Shown here piece by piece: positions 9,083 to 17,434 of a stretch of DNA of 32,000 bases (its first letter is position 1; each line of letters starts with the position of its first letter). The notes below the pieces were generated by a model. It was not told the origin of the DNA and did not search any database. It worked only from the letters and a program-made list of their open reading frames with translations. The stretch covers positions 3,810,001-3,842,000 of the forward strand of contig NZ_LN831039.1 in NCBI RefSeq assembly GCF_001457595.1, in the 5' to 3' direction. A program made the translations under genes and the position numbers. This DNA comes from Mycolicibacterium smegmatis (lineage in GTDB: Bacteria > Actinomycetota > Actinomycetes > Mycobacteriales > Mycobacteriaceae).

Positions 9083-10582
9083 ATGAGCCTCCTGCACCAG
9101 CTGATCTCGTCCGTCGCGGCGGCCGCACCGCACCGTCCGGCGATCATCGCCGACGACGGTTCGACGATCGGCTATGCCGAGTTCGACCACCAGATCCGCG
9201 CTGTCGCACGCTGGATCGCGAGCCGCACCGAGCCCGGCGACCGGGTGGCGGTGATCGCCGACAACAGCCCGGCGTACGCCGTGCTCTACTACGCCGTGCC
9301 GCTCGGCGGACGCGTCCTCACGCTGATCAACCAGCGCCTCAGCCCCGCCGAGCAGGCCGCGCAACTGGAGACGACGCGTCCCGCGCTGGTCCTCGGCGAC
9401 ACCGTGTACCTCGACGCGCTGCCGCAGATCGACTCCGTCGCGTTCGGCTCGCCGGCCTGGCGGGACGCCGTGAGCACCACCGCAGCCGCGCCCGAGGTTG
9501 ATCACGCCGAAGCGCAACCCGGCGACCCGGCCTGGCTGCTGTTCACCAGCGGATCCACCGGTGTACCGAAAGGTGTTGTGCACAGCCATCGTTCGATTCT
9601 CGCGGCGGTACACGGGACGGTCGACGGCCGGTCGGTGACGCCGGCCGGTGTGTACCTGCTGCCCTTCCCCATGTGCCACATCGCGGGCTACAACATGCTG
9701 GTGCAGCACGCCGTCGGCGCCACGGTGGTGCTCATGTCACGGTTCCGGCCCGAGTCGTTCGCCGCTCAGGTACGCGCCCACGGTGTGCGGTCGTGTTCGT
9801 TGGCGCCGACGATGCTGCACGCCCTGCTCGCCCATGTGGAGAGCACCGGTACGACACTGCCGACCCTGGAGGCCGTCGCCTACGGATCCGCCGCGATGCC
9901 GCTGGACCTGCTGCGCCGCGCGATCGAGGCCCTCGGGGTGGAGTTCCACCAGGGGTACGGCATGACCGAAACCGGCGGCAATGTCACATTTCTCGGCCCG
10001 GACGACCACCGCGCCGGCGCGGCGGGCCACCCCGAGGTGCTCGTGAGCGCCGGGCACCCGCACAGCGGGGTCGAGATCGGCATCGTCGACGCCGACGGGG
10101 CGCCGCTGCCGCCGGGCGGGATCGGCGAGATCGTGGTGCGCGGAGCGCAGGTGGCGCGCGGGTATTGGCCCGACCGCCCCAGCACGGTCGACGGTTGGTT
10201 GCACACCGGCGACATCGGACGACTCGACCACACGGGCCGGTTGTTCGTGGTGGACCGCCTCAAGGACATCATCGTGACCGGTGGTGAGAACGTCTCGTCC
10301 AGGGAGGTCGAGGACGTGCTGTCCGGGCATCCCGACGTCGACATGGTCGCTGTGGTGGGTGTGCCCGACGACTACTGGGGCGAGGCCGTATGTGCCGTGG
10401 TCGTCCCGGTGCCGGGACGCAACCCGCGCCCGGACGACCTGATCGACCATGTGCGCTCGGCCATCGCCGCATTCAAGCGACCCAGAGAGGTGCTGTTCGT
10501 CGACGAGTTGCCACTCACCGGCAACGGCAAGATCGCCAAGGACCGCGTGCGGGACATCGCGCGCACCGCCCTCACCGCCTGA
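9083..10582 (+). CDS. Acyl-CoA synthetase / AMP-dependent ligase (FadD-like)
   Basis: Motifs LLFTSGSTGVPKGVVHSH, YGMTETGGNVTF, GWLHTGDIGRLD, RLKDIIVTGGENVSSREVE and LTGNGKIAK. ATG at 9083, divergent from the P450. Confidence 0.88.
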   Translation: MSLLHQLISSVAAAAPHRPAIIADDGSTIGYAEFDHQIRAVARWIASRTEPGDRVAVIADNSPAYAVLYYAVPLGGRVLTLINQRLSPAEQAAQLETTRPALVLGDTVYLDALPQIDSVAFGSPAWRDAVSTTAAAPEVDHAEAQPGDPAWLLFTSGSTGVPKGVVHSHRSILAAVHGTVDGRSVTPAGVYLLPFPMCHIAGYNMLVQHAVGATVVLMSRFRPESFAAQVRAHGVRSCSLAPTMLHALLAHVESTGTTLPTLEAVAYGSAAMPLDLLRRAIEALGVEFHQGYGMTETGGNVTFLGPDDHRAGAAGHPEVLVSAGHPHSGVEIGIVDADGAPLPPGGIGEIVVRGAQVARGYWPDRPSTVDGWLHTGDIGRLDHTGRLFVVDRLKDIIVTGGENVSSREVEDVLSGHPDVDMVAVVGVPDDYWGEAVCAVVVPVPGRNPRPDDLIDHVRSAIAAFKRPREVLFVDELPLTGNGKIAKDRVRDIARTALTA

Positions 10583-10594
10583 CCGTCCGCGAGC

Positions 10595-10640
10595 GTGAAA
10601 CCTCAGCGAGAAAACTCGCAAAGAATCGCAGAGGTTTCAC
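10595..10640. promoter_or_regulatory. Nested inverted repeat: GTGAAACCTC ... GAGGTTTCAC enclosing GCGAG-AAAA-CTCGC
   Basis: 10-bp perfect outer arms (10595-10604 and 10631-10640) and a 5-bp inner hairpin (10606-10610 and 10615-10619). It lies between the acyl-CoA synthetase stop and the DyP cassette. Confidence 0.6.
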
Positions 10641-10729
10641 AATCGCAGGGCGCCGATTCGCCGTTCGGGCAACCGCGCAACTGAAGGGTGCTAAATTCGC
10701 CGCACCACTTTCGAAGAGGGAGGCAGAAA

Positions 10730-11290
10730 ATGACTGCCACCGACCCCGACTGGATCACACCCGCCGCCATGGCGATACCGCCGGACGGATACTTCGAACT
10801 CGAACGGGGCCGTTACGGACCCGTCTTCCCGAGAACGCCCGCATGCCACGGATTCTCCATCATCGCGAAGGTCAAAGAGGGTCGCGAAGAGGCCGTACGC
10901 GCATACGGCAAACAGATCCAAGACGCAGTCGCGGACACACCCGAAGTCCTCGCACCACTGCGACTGCATTATCTGCGCTGGCTGCTGTTCGACGTCGGGT
11001 CGGGATTGCATTTCCAATATCAAGGAATCTTCGATACGGACTTCGACAAGTACACCGAAGACGCCGTACAACTGTTCAGCGCCACCGGGATTACTACCGT
11101 TTTCACAAATCTCGAAGGATTTCCGGCGGATTGGAAAGAGAATCCGGATGCGTTCATCCGGTTCGTCCGGGAGCATCAGGTGCCGAGTTTCCTCGAGTAC
11201 GGCGAGTATCCCTACGTGACGGCTGACGAGATCAAGAAGGCGTTGCGCCTCAAGTCGGCGTTCTCGACCATGCTCGACCAGATGCAGTGA
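10730..11290 (+). CDS. Hypothetical protein, first gene of a DyP-peroxidase cassette
   Basis: 187-aa protein-like ORF (ATG at 10730 preceded by GAGGGAGG). Its stop overlaps the GTG start of the DyP-like gene (GTGA overlap). Confidence 0.8.
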   Translation: MTATDPDWITPAAMAIPPDGYFELERGRYGPVFPRTPACHGFSIIAKVKEGREEAVRAYGKQIQDAVADTPEVLAPLRLHYLRWLLFDVGSGLHFQYQGIFDTDFDKYTEDAVQLFSATGITTVFTNLEGFPADWKENPDAFIRFVREHQVPSFLEYGEYPYVTADEIKKALRLKSAFSTMLDQMQ

Positions 11291-12624
11291 CAGTGCTCGA
11301 CCTCGACGACATCCAGCACATCCTGCTGACCCGCACACCGGCCATCACCGGGCGATACGAATTCCTGACATTTGACACCCCCGCCGGTGGGCGTGCCTGG
11401 CTCACCGCGCTTCTGGACAAGGTGCAGTCCGCGGCCGATGTCCGGGCATCGATGGACACCTCTGACCGTTGGGTCACTTTGGCGTTCACATGGACCGGGC
11501 TGCGGGCGCTCGGCGTGCCCGAGGAGTCCCTGTCGACATTTCCGGACGAGTTCCGCGAGGGTATGGCCGCGCGCGCGAGCATCCTCGGCGACACCGGCGC
11601 CAACGCACCCGAGCACTGGCCGGGCGGACTGGCGGGAACCGACCTGCATGCGATCGCGATCCTGTTCTCCCGCAACGAAGAACAATGCCGGAAGTCCATC
11701 AGCGAACACGACCGCCTGCTGAGCCGCACCAACGGTGTGCGCAGCCTGTCGCACCTCGATCTCAACGCATCACCGCCGTTCGACCACGCGCACGATCACT
11801 TCGGCTTCCGCGATCGCCTGTCGCAACCCGTGATGAAGTATTCGGGTGAGGAACCGACCCCGGGTTCGGGCGACGCCCTCGAACCCGGCGAGTTCATCCT
11901 GGGCTATCCCGACGAATCGGGTCCGGTCGCACATCTCCCCCAGCCCGTGGTGTTGTCCCGCAACGGCAGTTTCATGGCCTACCGGCGGCTGCAGGAACAC
12001 GTCGGAGTGTTTCGCGAGTACCTGCGCGAACATTCCGACGATCCCGCCGGCGAGGCACTGCTGGCCGCGAAGTTCATGGGCCGGTGGCGCAGCGGTGCGC
12101 CGCTGGTACTCGCGCCCGAGTGTGACGATCCAGCACTCGGAGCAGATCCCATGCGCAACAACAATTTCAACTACAAGGACATGGACCCGTTCGGTTACGC
12201 ATGCCCGCTGGGATCGCATGCGCGCCGACTCAACCCGCGTGACACCGCGCACTACATGAACCGGCGACGCATGATCCGGCGCGGCGCCACCTACGGTCCC
12301 GCCCTGCCGGAGGGGGCGCCCGACGACGGCGTGGAGCGCGGTATCGCCGCGTTCATCATCTGCGCGGACCTCGTCCGCCAATTCGAGTTCGCCCAGAATG
12401 TGTGGATCAACGACAAGACGTTCCACGAGTTGGGCAACGAGCACGACCCGATCTGCGGGACCCAGGACGGGACCATGGATTTCACCGTGCCCAAGCGGCC
12501 GATCCGTAAGGTCCACAAGGGACTTCCTGCGTTCACCTCGGTCAGAGGCGGCGCGTACTTCTTCCTTCCCGGTATCTCGGCGTTGCGATACCTCGCTGCG
12601 CTGAAAGACGAGGTGACGGCATGA
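11287..12624 (+). CDS. DyP-type (dye-decolorizing) heme peroxidase family protein with a non-canonical GXXDG motif (GFRDR)
   Basis: DyP hallmarks: FGFRDRLSQP, YACPLGSHARRLNPRDT (proximal His region), QFEFAQNVWINDKTF, FTSVRGGAYFFLPGISALRYLA. Confidence 0.85.
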   Translation: MTVLDLDDIQHILLTRTPAITGRYEFLTFDTPAGGRAWLTALLDKVQSAADVRASMDTSDRWVTLAFTWTGLRALGVPEESLSTFPDEFREGMAARASILGDTGANAPEHWPGGLAGTDLHAIAILFSRNEEQCRKSISEHDRLLSRTNGVRSLSHLDLNASPPFDHAHDHFGFRDRLSQPVMKYSGEEPTPGSGDALEPGEFILGYPDESGPVAHLPQPVVLSRNGSFMAYRRLQEHVGVFREYLREHSDDPAGEALLAAKFMGRWRSGAPLVLAPECDDPALGADPMRNNNFNYKDMDPFGYACPLGSHARRLNPRDTAHYMNRRRMIRRGATYGPALPEGAPDDGVERGIAAFIICADLVRQFEFAQNVWINDKTFHELGNEHDPICGTQDGTMDFTVPKRPIRKVHKGLPAFTSVRGGAYFFLPGISALRYLAALKDEVTA

Positions 12625-13631
12625 CGGGCGGACCGGCGCGCACGTACAACCAGGCCCACATACCGCGTATGCGCAACGGCCGCAGACGCATCAGCATCTA
12701 CTGGACCTGGAGCTACCCCTGGGAGTCACAGCGAGACCCGGCCGCGATGGAGAACCGGTTTTCGACGATGACCGAGGTGCGCAACGTGTTGTGGCCGTCG
12801 TATGAGACAACCGAGTACGACTCCGCCCACTTCCTGCAGGGTATCGCGGGAACCCTTGAGCTGTTCCATCGTTCGACGCTGGCGTTCCAAACCCTGGTCG
12901 GCGACGTCACCGGTCATCCGGTCGCGGTGTTCCAGCGCATCGATCAGGCCGGGTACCGACTGCCGATCGACGAGCGCATCCTGGCCGACTGCGACACCCT
13001 CATGGTGTTCGGCCTCGACCACGTGCTCTCCGAGCAGGAGGCCGACACCGGAGAGGTCGAGGCGATCCGTGGGTGGCTACGTCGCGAAGGAACGTGTCTG
13101 CTGCTGGCTCCACACCATGACGTGGGCGACACCGCCGACTTCGGCCGGCGGCAGGTCGAGTATCTGCACCACGGCGATGCGCTGGTCCCCCGGCAACAAC
13201 GCTTCGGCCAGTACACGCGATCGTTGATGCGCGCGCTCGGCGTGCCGGTGCACAACATGTGGGGTCTGCGACCGGCTACGGTCGCCGGCACCTCCGAGAT
13301 CGCCCCGCTGACCGCGGTACGGGATCTTGACGGACCGGGACTGCTGGCAGACGTACCGACCTTCAACTTCCATCCGCACCTGCCGCACTACCAGCTCACG
13401 GCGCCCGAGAGCGACACGCTGCGGGTCCTCGGCCGTCAGCGTGTGGACCTGACTCGGCCACACCCGTTCACCGAGGCGGGCAACACCGAGTTCAACGCAC
13501 TGATCTGGATGCCGCCGGACGGCGAACGCGCCGGGGACATCGTGCTCGTCGACTCCACCAATTTCACGACGTTGTTCGGCGGTACCGACAGCCTGAAGCG
13601 CCTGTGGCACAACCTCGCCACCATGGCGTGA
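12621..13631 (+). CDS. Conserved-looking protein of unknown function, third gene of the DyP cassette
   Basis: 336-aa ORF whose ATG overlaps the DyP stop (ATGA). A central Rossmann-like stretch, DCDTLMVFGLDHVLSEQEADTGEVEAIRGWLRREGTCLLLAPHHD, resembles GATase/ThuA-like architecture (inference only). Confidence 0.78.
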   Translation: MTGGPARTYNQAHIPRMRNGRRRISIYWTWSYPWESQRDPAAMENRFSTMTEVRNVLWPSYETTEYDSAHFLQGIAGTLELFHRSTLAFQTLVGDVTGHPVAVFQRIDQAGYRLPIDERILADCDTLMVFGLDHVLSEQEADTGEVEAIRGWLRREGTCLLLAPHHDVGDTADFGRRQVEYLHHGDALVPRQQRFGQYTRSLMRALGVPVHNMWGLRPATVAGTSEIAPLTAVRDLDGPGLLADVPTFNFHPHLPHYQLTAPESDTLRVLGRQRVDLTRPHPFTEAGNTEFNALIWMPPDGERAGDIVLVDSTNFTTLFGGTDSLKRLWHNLATMA

Positions 13632-13634
13632 GGA

Positions 13635-14714
13635 TCACGGCAGACCGGAAACCAGCGGGTTCAGCGATACCGGGCGCGGTGCGAGAACCAGTCCGGGCAG
13701 CGGCGCCTCGGCCGGCGGCGCCGATGCCTCCGCGGGCCCGGGTAGCGCCTCGGCCGCCTGCGGGATGATCACTTGCGAATCTGGTTGTATTTCTGGGGTT
13801 TCCGGTGCGTTCACGGGGCCGGGCAACACACCGGGAACCGGCATCGCTCCCGCGGGCATGCCTTCGGGCAGGTGCGGCATGGGAGGTGCGAATTCGGGTG
13901 CGCCGACCGGGTTCTGCAGGTGTTGCACGCCGAGTGCCGGCGTGACCTCGGGAGCGGCCTGCTGCACAGGCTGCACCGCGGCCGGTTGCGGTTGCGGGCG
14001 CGCGAAGAGCACCTGCGGCTCTGACGCCCTCTGTGTGACCGACCCGGAAGCTGTCGATGACGCCTTCGACGTGGACTGCCGCACAGGTTTTGTCACCGTC
14101 CGCACGGTGTCTGGTTGCGGAATGTGGGGAACTGCGGCGGTGACGATCTGGATGGGGCCGCCTGCGGTCAGCGCCTGATCCTCTGGTTCGGTCTCGCCGG
14201 CGATGAACGTCGACCCGACGGCGGACAGCGCTACCACCGCCGCGGCGGCCGCGGTGCCTGCGATGCGCAGCGCCGTGCTCCGGTGCCGGCACGGCGGCAG
14301 CAGACACCTCACCCGCGCGGCCGGGACCGCGTCGGTGGCCACGGCCTGCGCGGCGGCGAGTGCCGTCGCCTCGAGCTCACCCGCGTCGCCGTCGTCGAGA
14401 AACTCCCGCGGCACGGTCCGTACATCGTCGAAACCGGCGGACTTCAGCGCTGCGACGATCGCCTCGGCGTGGACGCCGACGTCGTCGCTGCAGATCAGGC
14501 CAATGGCCCCGATGTCGTCACCGCTCGACGCGGCGATCCCCCGGGCACCGCGCGCCGCGGCGGCACAGCGCTCGGCCAGCACGTCGTCGGCGTCCACCTC
14601 GAAGGCGTCGTCGTCCAGAACTGCGGCGTCGGTGTCGGGGTATCCGGCCCGTTCATCGATCAGGACCCAGCCGACGCCCGCGGACGTCGCCGACAATCCC
14701 AATACCGTCTTCAC
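13635..14714 (-). CDS. Proline/alanine-rich membrane-anchored protein resembling mycobacterial DUF7159-type proteins
   Basis: N-terminal MKTVLGLSATSAGVGWVLIDERAG domain, one central TM segment (STALRIAGTAAAAAVVALSAVGSTFIAG), then a Pro/Ala-rich tail. Confidence 0.75.
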   Translation of the reverse strand: MKTVLGLSATSAGVGWVLIDERAGYPDTDAAVLDDDAFEVDADDVLAERCAAAARGARGIAASSGDDIGAIGLICSDDVGVHAEAIVAALKSAGFDDVRTVPREFLDDGDAGELEATALAAAQAVATDAVPAARVRCLLPPCRHRSTALRIAGTAAAAAVVALSAVGSTFIAGETEPEDQALTAGGPIQIVTAAVPHIPQPDTVRTVTKPVRQSTSKASSTASGSVTQRASEPQVLFARPQPQPAAVQPVQQAAPEVTPALGVQHLQNPVGAPEFAPPMPHLPEGMPAGAMPVPGVLPGPVNAPETPEIQPDSQVIIPQAAEALPGPAEASAPPAEAPLPGLVLAPRPVSLNPLVSGLP

Positions 14715-14886
14715 CCGTATGGCCCCAATTCAGTCGCAGTGCCGGCGTGATCGGCGACGAGCCTATTTCGGTCGTTGCCGGACGGCATCCCGAGATCGAC
14801 CGCCAATTGCACAACGATCACGTCAGAACACCGCCTTGCCGCATCTATCGACGTCCACCCCGAGCGCGTTACCCGCGCGTTGACCT

Positions 14887-14910
14887 CGATCTATACGCCG
14901 ATCTATACGC
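14887..14910. repeat. Perfect 12-bp tandem duplication CGATCTATACGC x2
   Basis: Read directly in the intergenic region upstream of the SDR gene. Confidence 0.8.
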
Positions 14911-14948
14911 CGCCGCCGGGGCGCGTTCACGGCGAATCCGCAAGATTT

Positions 14949-14966
14949 TCATCAAGTCCTCATCAA
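14949..14966. promoter_or_regulatory. Direct repeat TCATCAA-gtcc-TCATCAA with OmpR/PhoB-family-like 11-bp spacing
   Basis: Two identical 7-mers separated by 4 nt, read directly. The regulator class is inferred from spacing. Confidence 0.45.
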
Positions 14967-15049
14967 ATGAGAATCCGGTTAATGCGGGCACGCGGTTCGC
15001 CTGCGGCGTCCCGCCAGGTGCAACCGCTGCTCGGACACGGTGACGGCGT

Positions 15050-15952
15050 ATGCCACAGTTTCTGTCGACGTTTTCTGTCGGCGGCTGTCCAGGAGGAATC
15101 ATCGGCACGTACGCGGTCACCGGAGCGGCATCCGGAATGGGATACCAGGCGGCCCAGAAGCTGCGGGAACAAGGCCACACCGTCATCGGTGTCGACCTCA
15201 AAGAGGGTGAGGTGGTCTCCGATCTGTCGACTCCGGAGGGCCGCCGCCGTGCGGCCGACGAGGTCATGAGGCTCTCCGGTGGCAGGCTCGACGGCGCGGT
15301 GCTCGCCGCGGGCCTCGGGCCCGGGCCCGGCGCAGAGCGCCCGAGGCTCATCGCCGAGGTCAACTTCCTCGGCGTGGTCGAACTGTTGGAGGCGTGGCGT
15401 CCCGCGCTCGCTGCCGCCGACCGGGCGAAGGTCGTCGTGCTGAGCAGCAACTCCACCACCACGACGCCCGCCGTCCCGGCACGCGCGATCCGGGCCCTGC
15501 TGGCCCGCGACACCGACAAGGCGGTCCGCACGGTACGGGTGCTGGGCCGGGCAGGCACGCCGATCATGTACGCGGCGTCCAAGATCGCGGTCAGCCGCTG
15601 GGTGCGGCGTACTGCCGTGAGTGCGGCGTGGGCCGGTGCCGGCATCCGCCTGAACGCGCTGGCGCCGGGCGCGATCATGACTCCGCTGCTGCAGAGCCAG
15701 CTCGCAGAACCACTCGAATCCAAGGCCGTACGCGCATTCCCGGTGCCCATCGGAGGTTTCGGCGACGCGGGGCAGCTGGCCGACTGGATCTGCTTCATGC
15801 TCTCGGATTCCGCGGATTTCCTGTGCGGCAGCGTCGTCTTCGTCGACGGTGGGTCCGACGCGTACTTCCGCGCCACCTCCTGGCCGCGCGCGGTCCCGGT
15901 GCGCGGGCTCGCGCAGTACCTGTGGCGATTCAAACGCGGCGCTGGGCGCTGA
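15050..15952 (+). CDS. Short-chain dehydrogenase/reductase; the true start may be near 15101
   Basis: Cofactor-binding TYAVTGAASGMGYQAAQKLREQGHTVIGVDL, NFLG, and the catalytic-region TPIMYAASKIAVSRWVRR (YxxxK). The N-terminus fits canonical SDR length only if translation starts around 15101. Confidence 0.82.
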   Translation: MPQFLSTFSVGGCPGGIIGTYAVTGAASGMGYQAAQKLREQGHTVIGVDLKEGEVVSDLSTPEGRRRAADEVMRLSGGRLDGAVLAAGLGPGPGAERPRLIAEVNFLGVVELLEAWRPALAAADRAKVVVLSSNSTTTTPAVPARAIRALLARDTDKAVRTVRVLGRAGTPIMYAASKIAVSRWVRRTAVSAAWAGAGIRLNALAPGAIMTPLLQSQLAEPLESKAVRAFPVPIGGFGDAGQLADWICFMLSDSADFLCGSVVFVDGGSDAYFRATSWPRAVPVRGLAQYLWRFKRGAGR

Positions 15953-15971
15953 TCCCGACGAGGAGACGCTG

Positions 15972-17261
15972 ATGTCAGCACCACAGGCGGCGATCGACAC
16001 CGATCACGCGGACCGCCACGGCCCTCGGCGGGCGTGGGCCGCTGTCGGCGTGCTCGCGCTGGTCGGCACCCTGAACTATGTCGACCGGTTCCTGCCGTCG
16101 GTGCTGGCCGAGCCGATCAAGCACGATCTTGAATTGTCCGACACCGCAATCGGTGTCATCAACGGGTTCGGATTCCTCATCGTGTACGCCGTGATGGGCA
16201 TCGCGGTCGCGCGCGTCGCCGACCGTGGCGCGTTCGGCGCCGTGGTCGCCGGGTGCCTCACGTTGTGGGGCACCATGACGATGCTCGGCGGCGCGGTGCA
16301 GTCGGGGTTCCAGTTGGCCCTCACCCGCGTGGGCGTCGCGATCGGTGAAGCCGGCAGCACCCCGGCCGCCCACGCCTACGTCGCACGCAACTTCGTGCCG
16401 CAGCGGCGTTCGGCCCCGCTCGCGGTGATCACCATCGCCATACCGCTGGCCAGCACGGCCAGCCTGCTCGGCGGCGGTCTGCTGGCCCAAAGCCTGGGCT
16501 GGCGTACGGCATTCGTGATCATGGGTGCGGTGAGCGTGGTGCTCGCGCCGCTCGTGCTGCTGGTGGTCGGGGTGCGCCAGTCGTTGCCCGCGGCGCCTGC
16601 GGTGGTGGACAAGACCGCAGGCGGGTGGTGGAACCTGCTGCGCAAGCCCAGCTTCCTCATCGTCGTGGCGGGCACTGCGTTCATCTCGGCAGCCGGATAT
16701 TCGCTCACCACGTTCTCCCCCGCGTTTCTCATGCGCACACGCGGAATGTCGCTCGGTGAGGTCGGCGTCGAGTACGGCCTGGCCACCGGTGCGATCGGGG
16801 TGCTCGGGCTGCTCATCGTCGGACGCCTCGCCGATCGGTTGGCCGAACGGGACCCGCGCTGGCTGCTGTGGATCGTGGTGACGCTGACGCTGGTGCTGCT
16901 GCCTGCCTCGGTGCTGGCGTTCGTCGTCGAGGACAGGATGCTGTGCGTACTTTTCCTGGCGCTGAGCTACGCGATCGGCACGTCGTATCTGGCGCCTTCG
17001 ATCGCGGCCATCCAGCGCCTGGTGCTGCCCGAGCAGCGCGCGACGGCCTCGGCGATGTTCCTGTTCTTCAACGCGGTGTTCGGATCGGTCGGCCCGTTCG
17101 TGGTCGGGATGCTCAGCGACTCGCTGACCGACGACCTGGGCGCGCAGGCGCTCGGTCGGGCCCTGCTCCTGCTGGTGGCCGCGATGCAGCTGGTCGGGGC
17201 GATCTGCTACTGGCTGGCCTCGGCGCGCTACCGTCGCGACATCATCGAAGAGGCTCGCTGA
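15972..17261 (+). CDS. Major facilitator superfamily transporter
   Basis: Multi-TM protein with NYVDRFLPSVLAEPIKHDLELSDTAIGVINGFGFLIVYAVMGIAVARVADRG. ATG at 15972 is preceded by AGGAGA. Confidence 0.88.
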   Translation: MSAPQAAIDTDHADRHGPRRAWAAVGVLALVGTLNYVDRFLPSVLAEPIKHDLELSDTAIGVINGFGFLIVYAVMGIAVARVADRGAFGAVVAGCLTLWGTMTMLGGAVQSGFQLALTRVGVAIGEAGSTPAAHAYVARNFVPQRRSAPLAVITIAIPLASTASLLGGGLLAQSLGWRTAFVIMGAVSVVLAPLVLLVVGVRQSLPAAPAVVDKTAGGWWNLLRKPSFLIVVAGTAFISAAGYSLTTFSPAFLMRTRGMSLGEVGVEYGLATGAIGVLGLLIVGRLADRLAERDPRWLLWIVVTLTLVLLPASVLAFVVEDRMLCVLFLALSYAIGTSYLAPSIAAIQRLVLPEQRATASAMFLFFNAVFGSVGPFVVGMLSDSLTDDLGAQALGRALLLLVAAMQLVGAICYWLASARYRRDIIEEAR

Positions 17262-17434
17262 GTTCTGCGCTCGCGGCGAGGCAAACCTGGTGGTGCCCGC
17301 CGCCAACGCCGCGCGGTCGACCCACCATAGGGTTCCTGCCCGCCCTGCGGTGAAGGTCCTGGAAAAACTCTGAACCCGGCCCCGTCACGCCGATTCGAGG
17401 CAATGATTGGGGTACCCGAGTCAGGAGCGGACAT

